The position numbers and the translations under genes are program-made. DNA of 64,000 nucleotides from Lingula anatina (taxonomy: Eukaryota > Animalia > Brachiopoda): contig CM120641.1 in assembly GCA_051362555.1 (NCBI GenBank), positions 45,886,401 to 45,950,400 of the forward strand, in the 5' to 3' direction. The notes beneath the pieces are model-generated. The model did no database searches and was not told where the DNA came from. It was given only the letters and a program-made list of their open reading frames with translations. Of the stretch, positions 25,001 to 36,792 are shown piece after piece; the first letter of the stretch is position 1; the number at the start of each line of letters is the position of its first letter.

Positions 25001-28000
25001 ATGCATGGATTACAATCAATATACTCGCCCGTTCAATCTTAGTGTGAATGAAATGAGCAAAGGATAAAAGGTACTTTATGAAATGAACCCTCATTGGAAA
25101 AGCAATCAGTCGAATTGGTAATAAATTAGTAATAAAAAATGTCGATATGGTGAGCGTAGACACAGATTTTACAGACAACAGTCCAATCAAGGAGAAGCAA
25201 ATGCAATTGTTCAGCGCGCTAAATCCTTAATAAGCGTGTCATTGTTACAGAGTTGTACGAGCGAAATTGACATTGTATTAGAGAAATTGACAGTGTCGTC
25301 TGTCTATAGAGGCTTTATTAGATGGGATAGGCAAATGATTGAAAACGTCTTTGCTGAGAGTTTTACAATTATTTCCCTAATTTATCCTTCAATAGCACAT
25401 CGCTTTTTCAATAGACAAGCGGAATGGTTAGTTCTTTATCCATCTCATTTCCCGCTGATCCCTGAATAGACTTTTGCACTGTATGTTTGAAAGAAAAAAG
25501 TAATTTCATTGATGTTAGGTCTTTTATCTAATCACCTCTTGCTCTGCACGAGAGCCATAACAGGGAATCCTAATGTTTCCTCATTCTGTAACGCCATTAT
25601 CTCATAAAAATCTGGCGATAAAAACACTATTAGGGCCTTCGCTGTAACTGCATATCTACATCGGGTGTTCTTCACTGCCAAAGACACCACGACGCACTGA
25701 AACTCGTCAAGGAAACGGCTGTTTAAATAAAGATAAAGAGTAAATAAAAATTAATGATTACTGTAAAAATATAACCAGCACATAAGTAGATGTGCCCTGA
25801 CGATTGGAAGGAAGGGTCGAGTAGTAAAGTTCGCAATGCTTGAAAATTAAGTGTCCTGGGAGACATACATCAAACGAGCACTGCACAAAAACAAACTTTC
25901 AGTCAAATTCACTCCGTTTCCTCTTATTTCTACGAATGGAAAATTATGAACTTCCCAACATTCTCCCCATTGTTTTTTTGCTGTTGCCCGGCTTGCGTTC
26001 ACTGGTCGTCTGCTACTGGCCAAGCCGTGCAGACCGAGTGTCGTCTGATCATACAATACCAGGTCGAGGCTCCCCCTCAAAAAGTGAAGTGACACGTGAC
26101 TTGTCATTTGGAACAATCCTCATTGAAAATAAAATGCAGGGAAGAGGAAGCACCAAAGCGGATGATGATATGATCGATGCGATATGATTGACTGGGCCAG
26201 TCTTAGGGGCATTAACTTTTACCCAGAAGCTTATATTATAGCAGTACGTCGATTACGGTATCTATGGTAGTTCTTTTTGAAGTTTCTCGGTTGTGGATGA
26301 GAACACCTGAGTAGCCTGCGCAGCGGTGTCTTTTTATCCGCGGGATCTCAAGTCGGGCGACATTAGTTAAGGTAGCAAGTGTGAAATTGTCGTCACTTGC
26401 GCTCAACTCTACGCACAGCCTCACCATTGAGCGACATTATCTCTCCTGTCAAGCAGGCTGGCCCGACACTTCAGGGCTGGCTGCTGAGGCCTACAGCATG
26501 GATCTAACAACTTCGTATCGATACCACTCTCATCACAACATGATGGACTTCTATCATTCATGTAAGAGTAAGTACCCTATCAGTCTCTTTATGCCATCAT
26601 TGACTTAATCCGTTAGTTAGCACTCACCGGCGACAGCTCCGGCCTCACAAATTGGATTATCTCTGTCGGGTATGTGGTTTATCCTTTCACAATAATTCTC
26701 GACAACAATTCCTTGATCACTGAGGCCGGATTGGTAATTAGTAGCTAAACTAGTAGGTCTGTTGCTGTAGTCGTCGAAGTTGTTTCAGCTATTTAACTAG
26801 CCCGTGGTCAAAATAGTACAACAGATACGAAAACATAAGGTTTAAACAGAGAGAGAAAAATCTCCGTCTTCTCGGTTTCAGTGCTGTTGACTGACTATAC
26901 GCTCAATGCCGGGGAATTTTTTTAAACAGCCATTGCTTGAGCAATTGTGCAACAAAAGTGTAATAGTGCGTTCAGCGTGTGCATTAAAAAGTGGTCATGT
27001 GCATCGGTGACTGCCAGCATGCGTGTTGCTTTAAGAACCCGAGTCAGATCGCTGCTCAGAGCCAACAGGGCTTTAAGGAACACATCAATGGCTCTGTGAG
27101 CAGGAATTAACTACCCATGGCATATTGTTTCGGTTCCAGTCATCTACCTCATATGCAGTTCGGCTTGATGCTAAACAAATTAGGTACGCTATATATATAT
27201 ATATATATATATATTCGCACGTGAACGACTGTGTGTGTTTGTGTGTGTTTGCCTGTGTGTAATGTGTCATAATCTCATTTTCTGGATTTATTTCGTCGTA
27301 GTTAGTGTTCCGATTGAAGAAAAACTTGTGGCGAAACGTAGTGGAACATTAGTTGTAGTATTGCGAATGTGTTAATGTATGTTCATGTAGTCGAAACCAC
27401 ACCGGCGGCGGCCATATTAGTGCTTTAACAGGGTTCACCAGCGTACTACGTGGTGATTGGAAGACGACGTCTTTCCTATGGGTGCACTGATCAACTTGGC
27501 ATTGTTCAGATTTTCACAAGACTGGGACGAAATAGATACATCTGCGATAACGCTTCTATACCAAGTGTACGGAATGGGATGTTTCTTTTCCTCAGCTTTG
27601 TTCGTCTTTTGCACATCGTCTTAAGGCATCTTGTTCTCCATTAGCCGTCCCCTTTGAAATCCCGTGTTTCCAATCTCGTCCGTCCCCATCTCTGTAAACA
27701 ACGCGTTCTGGGGGTATTGTTGGTGGTTGCTGCTCCGTGGAATATTATCACTGTCCTATTTAGAGCGAGATGAATACGCCAAGGGATTGGTGAATTACAC
27801 ACTTAAGGGTCGTCGGATTTGAGAGAAAACCACGTTTAGAATGTTTTATAACAGTGAAATGCGACGTTTCTTTGGGTCTGTCAGGAGTTTGAGTGCAAAC
27901 ATGTTGGTAGTAAACAATTTTGATACAAGAGTTAGGTTACGCTTTCTTTCATCTGCCGGGGTGATTGTTGTGCGCGTCTGTATGACAAGTGAGTTATCTG

Positions 28001-31000
28001 TGGTCGTTGAATCTGTCCCTCAATGGGGAAAACTAAGCGTTAAGAACAAGAAAATGCACAGTCGTTTGGTTGGTATATGTAGCATTAAACTTACCGATCC
28101 TATCAGGTAACAAACGCCGGGTTTTATTTCAAAAGAGTTGCCGTTTTCCTGTCTGTACCGTATTGTGGACGTTATTCTGTAAAACCTTGTACAACATAAC
28201 ACATTGTATACGCATGCATTACCATATGGAATGGCACAATAATATATATGATAATCTTTTGTGAAAGACGAGTTTAAAAATAATATTTCCTGTGATTTTT
28301 GTTTATAATTTATGTTCCTTGCTTTCGTCATGTAATAATTCTTTTATATTTAAGATCTAGATAATTTCAGTGCGGTCTTTAATATCGCCAGAAAAGACCT
28401 TCACGCACAATTTATATATATATGTATATAAAACAAAGAGTATTTATAATTTAAGAAAAATCAAAGGTTGTTATAATTTTACAAAGGTAAACAATCCCAT
28501 AAAAAGCTTACACAGGTCAATTAAGCCAGCAAAATATCCCAAAAATGGTCTGGATGATAGGCAAGCTTAGAACTCTGTCTCCTACCAGTTTTGTATAACC
28601 ATCACTCTCAATCAAATCTAAATTTATTTGCAAGATTTCTAAAACTCACAACTTATAATTGCTGTTAAGGCCGAACTTAATGTACATTTTGTAAGCAGTA
28701 ATGCTATCAATGGTTACCTTTGACTACTTTTAAAATAAAAAATATGTCAATAACTCGCCACATGGAATACCTTAAAACCCAGGTTTTAGCTAGAGGACCT
28801 TTATGCCGTGTAAAAATCTAAAACGGTTATCATTCTTAAATTGCTTCATTTAAAATGATAAGATGTTAGGAATTAATTTTGCAGTAAAACGACCATATGT
28901 GTGAATAATCTGACCTAGGGGCTTGATGTGTGGGTTGCGCTCTAGTGAAGTGCACCCCTCCCTGTCATCCTCCAAAGGTGTCACCTTAAACGGGATATTG
29001 CTGCTAATAACTCCACTGTATAATACCAACACATATGATAGCAAATATGATTAGCAAGAGTCGGTATTCAGCCCAGGGCGACTGACTGTCACCAGGCCCC
29101 GGCGATGGACCAAACTCGTGGCGTGTGTCGTGTTTGGCGGGTTTAATTTCCCTGACGGGTGAATTGACAGATCACGTCAAGAGCAATCATAACTGCCCCT
29201 ATTGTTCCAGTGCAAATGAAATTAAACATATCGAACTGAGATGCTAATTAATTTTCGAAGCTTTTGATATTCATGTTTTTAGTCAGTTTGCTCAATGGGA
29301 AAAATTCCACGTGTTGTCTGTATATTGTTCACTCTATAATCGGATTTTATGTACATATTTATATACAAACATATCTATATGAATAGCATTTATTGCAGAA
29401 AATTGTTGTATATTCAAGCATCCCCAAGTTTCAGCCATATTCTGTCATGTGGTATTTTTTATTTGTTACCACATTATGCTCTCTCAATTCAGGGGTAAAA
29501 AGAGGATCGCTTTCGTTTATATTTTATAATTCCTCCTTTGCTTTTTAGAACATAATCCAATATTAGCCACTCTTGCTATCGACTTATTTAATCATAATAC
29601 GCCATATGCTACCGCTATAATTTGCAGGAGGGTTTCCCCCATTAATTTGGCTTTTTCTTTCCTTGTCTAGGCCACGGCAATCTGAACCAATTGGGAGGCG
29701 TTTTCATCAATGGTAGGCCCTTACCCGATGTAGTGCGCCAGCGTATTATAGAGCTGGCTCAGCAGGGAGTGAGGCCATGCGACGTCTCAAGACAACTACG
29801 TGTCTCACATGGCTGCGTCAGCAAAATTTTATCCAGGTAAATTTTTACAGTTTTCTTACGACTCTTTTAATTTTTCTATTCCTCTTAGGCCATGGTGGTG
29901 TCAACCAGCTCGGCGGAGTGTTCGTCAACGGTCGGCCTCTTCCGGACGCCGTTCGGCAACGGATAGTTGAACTGGCGCAGCAGGGAGTCAGGCCGTGTGA
30001 CATTTCCAGACAGTTGCGCGTGTCACATGGCTGCGTAAGCAAAATATTGGGCAGGTAAATGGGAAATGGGAATTATTCCAGCTAATACGTTCTGCTTGTT
30101 TTAGAAAGTCAACATACCCTTTTTGTAATAAATGAGAGATGGGATTTTTTTTGTTTTGTTAGTTTTTTTGCAAATGGTTGAGGGGTATTTTTTAAAAAAA
30201 GATCTGACAATTCCACGACCCTCATAGAACTGTTCCTTCTTTAGAAATACCTATTTTCAAGCTTTCTAATTTTTATCTCTTTTTCCTTTTACCACAACGC
30301 CTGTAATTAATGTTAAGGGGGAGGGCTACCTTGTTTAAATCCAGTAAAATGTCTGTTCTGTTAAAAGAAACAGATACACTCTTGCAATCTGCAGCCGTAA
30401 CCGAACACCGCTAAACGTCGGGCCTCAACAATACGGTCTTTTAATAACAACACGCAAAAAAGATTTTCTTTAGAAATGCCGGTTTTCAAATTCCGCATTA
30501 CGAAGTAAAGTAGATACTTATTTTCAGCATTTTTGTATCAAAGTTAAAAGAGCAGGATCACATCAAAGCGACTCCCTATAGTGAGTGGAGACGACTGTGT
30601 TTTTTACCGAGGTAAAATAGTCGTGACCTCTACGATTAAACAGCACCTGTTCCAACGTTCGTTCTCTAAAATAATTTTTCTGACCGATGCCAGTTTCTTT
30701 TACCCTGAAATGAGTTAATCTTCAAAGCTGCTACTTTTTCCAACAGCAAAGTCTTGCATCTGAGGCACTTCTTATTGATTATATTGATCTAAAAGGCCTA
30801 AGCAACTGCACCGATATTTCAAAGTCGAATAAAAGACATGAAAACTGCGTTATTTTGTGCCTTTATACAGGAAAAAACTTCAATGGAAACGACGTTTCGT
30901 TGAGGTCAAAGTCAGGCATTCAGCAAATCATTCTGCTAGCTTTATATTACTTCCACTCCACATGACGAGGGCTGAGATATTAATGGTGCCGTGAAGTGTG

Positions 31001-34000
31001 GTGTTAGGAGTCTTTAAAGAGCTATTTTTTCTTTGTAAAATACGGATTTTACCAACCAAACTATTATACTTATTTGTGATATTTTCTCTGGGGCTTTCCT
31101 TCTAGATGATTCATCAAGTATACTGGTTTGTTTTCTCACAAACACAACAATTATACCAGTAAATTATTTTGTTTTCTTCCCCCTCTCCAAGTCCTTTTAA
31201 ACATTTTTAAATATCTGCATTTTTCACTGCTTGTCAGCCTACCGAATTTAAGTGAAAATTATTACCGCTGGAATTGGACTGATTGTTGAGGATTGTCGTG
31301 AAGCTTGCTCCCTATGGCCTGAAGGTGACGAGGAACCCCCTTCCGGCGACAGATCGGAGAGAAAATAAATGACCTGCTACAGCCAATACTTGCACAGATC
31401 AAATAACAAGACAAACATTTCGCCGTGTTGAACTTTATTGTTTTACATTTAATTCGCCCCCTTGTGGTTTGTGGTCTATTAGTTATTCTGGAGAAAAAGG
31501 AAAAAAGAGTGATGGATTGAGAAATAACGCACATTCTTAAATGATTTTAAAGAAATAAAATTAACTCAATGAAACGAATAGAGAGATAAATATTAAGGAA
31601 TAGAGAAAACCTTTTGAAAATGAACATTTGATCCAAAGGCGAAATCATTTTATAGAACAAAAATCATCACAAATAACTAACGTAGCCGACCAAAGGTTTC
31701 TTTAGTGTGGAAAATAGAGACAAAATGTAAGCACTATAACAGGCGAGGGAAATTTATGTCCCTGTCACAGAAATCGAGATTGTCAACGAATATTAAAACG
31801 CTGAACATTTCTTAGTTGCATCTTATTAATTTAATTCGGTTGTTAACACCTGGGTATCGCACTGACCATCGTCCGACCCATGCATCACAACGCCATGGAC
31901 GACCCCGTATCCAGATTTGGTCAGAAGAGCTACGTAACCCAGCGTCCGATAGCTGTTTGATTTATGTCTAATTTATGACATTTTCCTCGTGTCAATCTCG
32001 ACCCTTCGCGCCTCGCATCACAGGAATCCCACAAGTGATAAACAATCACGCATTAATTGTTTATTTATCTGTGTTATTACTCCAAACAACAATACGGCGT
32101 CACGGACACCTTGGCCGGCAGGTCGCAGGTCTCCGTTAGAGTGCCAATTAATCAAACTGATTAGACCAACCGTACCGACTCATGGAGATCAGGGAGAGAT
32201 ACCCGGCACGGTCGCGTTACGGGGTTCGATAGTATCGGGTCCACTCAGGCGCCGGGTCAATCCTTATAGAATAAGATTTTGGTTGTTTGGGAAATAACGA
32301 AGAAGGAAATAACGAGAATCGAAATAAATAATACTGGTCGTAAGAGCACATTTTAAAGATAATAAAATAACTGTGTAGCTTACCTTCTTTTAAACCATAA
32401 TGAAAACCCCGTCTTCTGTGGCACGCCTACTCCTAGAAATAATTTCTTAGAAATAACCACAATTAGCTTCATGAAGTTGTTCTTTATTACGCATTTATAG
32501 ACTTTCATATTACCCATGACATATTCCCATTTCGACTCGGATTATTAAGCAAGCGTGTTTTATTTTCTCCCTTTCATCAATTGTAATAGGGATATTGTAA
32601 TGAAGGCAACTCATCAGATGTGAGGGCACGTAGCAATCCTGATTCCAAAGGAGAGAACTGTATGGTCGTCATAGCAACGCTACATTCTTTCTTTCATTTT
32701 ATACACGCTTTCTAGTCGGAAGCGTAATCAGACACTGTGATTTTTTACCTCGTTTCGCTGATCAGATTTTTTAATAAAACGCTGTAATTTGTCAATTGGT
32801 TGTGAGCTGAGATATAATAACAACAGCACTCGGCCAAGTAAGCCGTTTGTCAGTCAGAATTTGTTGAACACTGAAGTACGGAGGATTTTTGACCGAAATT
32901 CTAATTCTTGCTCCGATATTCTCATATAAGCTCGATGTTTTGTATGATTGTATACAACTGTCATATTTTCAACATCGGATTTTGATTTCAGATACTATGA
33001 AACGGGTTCCATCAAGCCAGGGGTCATCGGCGGTTCCAAGCCGAAAGTTGCCACCCCCAAGGTTGTCGATGCCATTACGAAATACAAGCAAGAAAACCCG
33101 ACGATGTTTGCTTGGGAGATCCGGGACAGACTTCTAGCGGAGGGGGTGTGTTCGCAGGACAACATCCCCAGTGTCAGCTCCATTAACAGGTAACGTCAGT
33201 TAGAGACCATTTCAGATAGCAAGAAAGTAATTATAAACAGTTCACGTCGTTAGGGCACCAATAAAAGATCCATAAAGTTGAGAAAAGGGGAGATTTAACT
33301 CGATGCGTTCTTCTATATGACACTTTCATACATTATGAAATAGAAATACGTATCTAAGTCACGTTTTTGACACCTACGTCGTATAATTACCGCTAAATTG
33401 TCGTCAAATACCTTAGTCGAAACGTCACCAGTCTGCATTTGACAGGGTAGAATTAGAGGGCGTGAGAGGGAACGCCCTTTATGCTTGTATTTACACAATC
33501 CCAAACGAACCCGCTTGATATTATACAAAATGGCATCTTAATATGTGATGCCGAAATACGCTTGAGGCTAACTTTGTTTTGTTCCTTGAAAAACAAGATC
33601 GAAGGGCACTTGTTCATCTGTCAACCCGGCTTTGAATTATTGTTTGAAAGTATTCTCAGAGCGTAATGTTATCTTCGACTGTTGCGTGCAACTTGCTATA
33701 CGTCTTTGGAATCAATAGGCATATGCCTTTTTTTCTGTTTAGGTCTTTTTAATGATATGAGTTGTAATAAATCGCACCTGCAGACTTCAAATCAAAATTG
33801 TGTCCCGGTCGCACTCTTTGGCTTAATAAGTAGAGAATTTGCGCAAGTCCCGTTGCTCGTGCGTTGAAATGTGGAAAAACAATACACCTCATAATTGTTG
33901 AAACTATTTCGGCTTTATTTGACACCTAAGAGGTCAGCACACGTGCAAGAAGAATTTTTTCAGCAAGTTAAAAAGAAACTGTTATTAAGAATTCGTGTCT

Positions 34001-36737
34001 GTTTAGGTTATAAGTTGTCAAAGTGAATAGTTGTGGCAAATGTCTTGTGTACGAAAATTGGAAAGTAGGACGGGTTTTTATTCGATTTAAATAGCGGGAC
34101 ACACAAACAAAGTTTTATTAAGATCGGCAGGCGACGGTATTTTTCCAACATGGTAGCCTACTTCTGCGTTTATGTTATTATTCAATCAAAATATGATTGG
34201 CAATATTTTGCCCCGACAGCGAACGTCAAGGGCAATGAAGTGACATGGTGTGAAAGAAAACAACGTCGCTCATCACAAGAGCAGTAATAAAATCAGAAAA
34301 AGACAAAACTGATGTCTCTTTTAGCTGGCAGATTTTAATTACACGGTGTTCAAACAGAAACAATGTGGAGATGCAGAGGGATTTTTAAAGGCTCATCTTT
34401 CAAAGACTGATGAATTTTTAGCCTGGGTTGCCGTCACATGGCAGTTGATAGGTCTGTAGTGGAGCGGAAGAACTGCAGCAGCTCGAGTAATGCGCCCCCT
34501 TCGCACACCTGCCGGCTTAAACACGAGTAATCCTAGCACTGTAAAAACCACAATTTCCAGAGTCGATGAACAGAACAAACACAACCGACTCAAAAGACCA
34601 AATGAGATAAATAATGAAAAGGACAAGGTATTACCCGGTGACACTCTACACTTTTGAAATTTAGGGGATTCACGATCGAATTAACCTCGTCTTTCATACT
34701 CCAAATCGCAAGCTAGACTTTCTTTCATTTTCTTCTCCCCGCTTTTCTGCCGCTTTAATAAGCAACAATCAATGACTTGATAATGGGAAGAAGTAATGAT
34801 GGAAATTATTATTGGCTCTTTGGGACGAGTGGAAAATGTAGATAGAGAGACGAGACAATACTTAATGCGACGGGGATCAGCGGGGTATGGGCCTTGCTAT
34901 GAAAATTCGATTATCTCCCATTAAAATCTTAATTTTGAAAACTCTTCGACATCATTTCATTAACAGGGTAATAACACTCTACGACAGAAGGTCCTATTGA
35001 GTTAATTGACAATCACATTTAAAGAATAACACTGTGCTCACAAAGAAATCTGACGGGGACTGTTTGCTATTTCTTAATCACTCGCTTACTCCAACATTCT
35101 ACACTTACGGATATTGCTTCGAGGGGAAACGAATTGACTTTCTGACTTTCGAGTTCAGGAAACCAGCCCTTTCAATATTTACTTGGAAATCGCTTTAAAT
35201 AAAAACGACCTGTTATGGATTGCCGTATTATTCAAAGCTTAATAGCAATATTAGATACTTCCTTTGAGACTCGGATGAAGCTGAGAGTGATATGTGTGAT
35301 TTTAGAAAATGTTGTTCGGAAATACGTAACATTATGTGAAGCGTTTCGATTTTAATTAAGTTTTCCATTAAAATGATTTAAATAGACTCAGAAACTTGAG
35401 ATTGGAGACTGTTTAATTCTAAAAGAGATGAATGCAAGAAATTTATTAAAAATGACATCGGTCTCCGAATTTGAACTGCCGATTTAAAGTTTTTCGATTG
35501 AAAGTGTTAAGTAATTACCAAGATAGAGACCACTCTTACAGTTAAAACGCGCACATGCAATAACAATTCGTTTTCCTTTGCGTGAAGTGTCAACAATATT
35601 CCTTGTTAAGTCCTCGGGGTTATTCTGAAGTTCGACTTTCTCTGGGAAACATAAGATATTGATAAAGGCCGGGGCGTAGCACACCGAGACCGCTTCGATA
35701 TTGCCGTTTGGTAAAGGAAAAAGTCATTAATCACTGTCATCGTGGTAGCCGTCAACTACTACACAATACAAATCAAAACTCGGACGACAAAGTGCACAGC
35801 GGCATGTGCAAGTTAATCAAGTACCAGTATCGGGCTTAAAAAGTACGCACTGTTTTAAATGTCAAATCTTCTTTCTGTAATTATTTCTGGAAAATGCACG
35901 CAATGCCAATTAAAAATAACATTAAATGGCATGCTAAAAACCCCTATTGCCTCGTTCAAAGTTATTAAAAGACACAAAGATCCGCTGAAATTACTTACTT
36001 ATTTCACTCTGAGGGTACATTGTTAAATCTTGGATATCTATTTCCGTGGAAATCATACGGCCGAATTTTCATCCATGGAATGAATAGGTGTCAATTTCTG
36101 ACTTATCCGGATTTGCGTAAAATTTCTTACACCTGTCCCAGATCGCTTAGAGAAAGAAAATTAACAAAAAAATTGAAATTGCTTTTTTGTCCTTATTTTT
36201 AAACATAAAAATCACGTATTTCATTTAAGTTTTAGGCCTTTTTAAGCTATTTAACAGATGTAGATACGAATAAATTCAAATCGACATTGATTTAATTACT
36301 ATATCCCATGAGTGTACGTCAACATATATATATTGACATTTACATGCCTCGCTATTCAGCTTTTTCCTCGATATTTTCATTTATCACCCAAGCTTTCACC
36401 CTTTTCTCACAATAAAAAATTCCCTTTCTACAGAATCGTACGTAACAAAGCAGCCGAAAAAGCCAAGAGTCAGTCGCTCCACGGGGGTCAGCCTTCGCCT
36501 GTTTCCCCGGGGAACCCCAGCCCTGTGACTCTCTCCCAGGTGCCGACGAACGCGGACGCCCTGGGTAGACCCGGCCCCTACTCCATGAGCACGATACTGG
36601 GGATCCCCAACCACTCCGTACAACAGGGACAAAACTCCGACATCAATGGAAACAAGAGGAAAAGAGAAGATGGAGGTAAATATTTTTTATTTTACTAGTT
36701 CAGGTTTAATTCTATTTCATCATCATCATCATCATCA

Positions 36738-36792
<55 letters not shown>

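Noticed and set aside
26997-27110. Short [20 protein letters not shown]... as another first exon
   Set aside because: The only donor-like site (TCT|GTGAGC) is not phase 1 in either ATG frame, so it cannot join the paired exons in frame.
29671-29836. Interpreting exon 2A as a pseudoexon or a second Pax gene
   Set aside because: No stops or indels, intact splice sites, strongly synonymous-biased divergence, and no second RED exon or other duplicated exons in the window.
29633-30322. Docking/selector-type pairing around the duplicated exons (TTCCCCCATTAATT vs AATTAATG..GGGGA or AATGGGAAA)
   Set aside because: Short, bulged, AT-rich complementarity expected by chance; needs covariation data.
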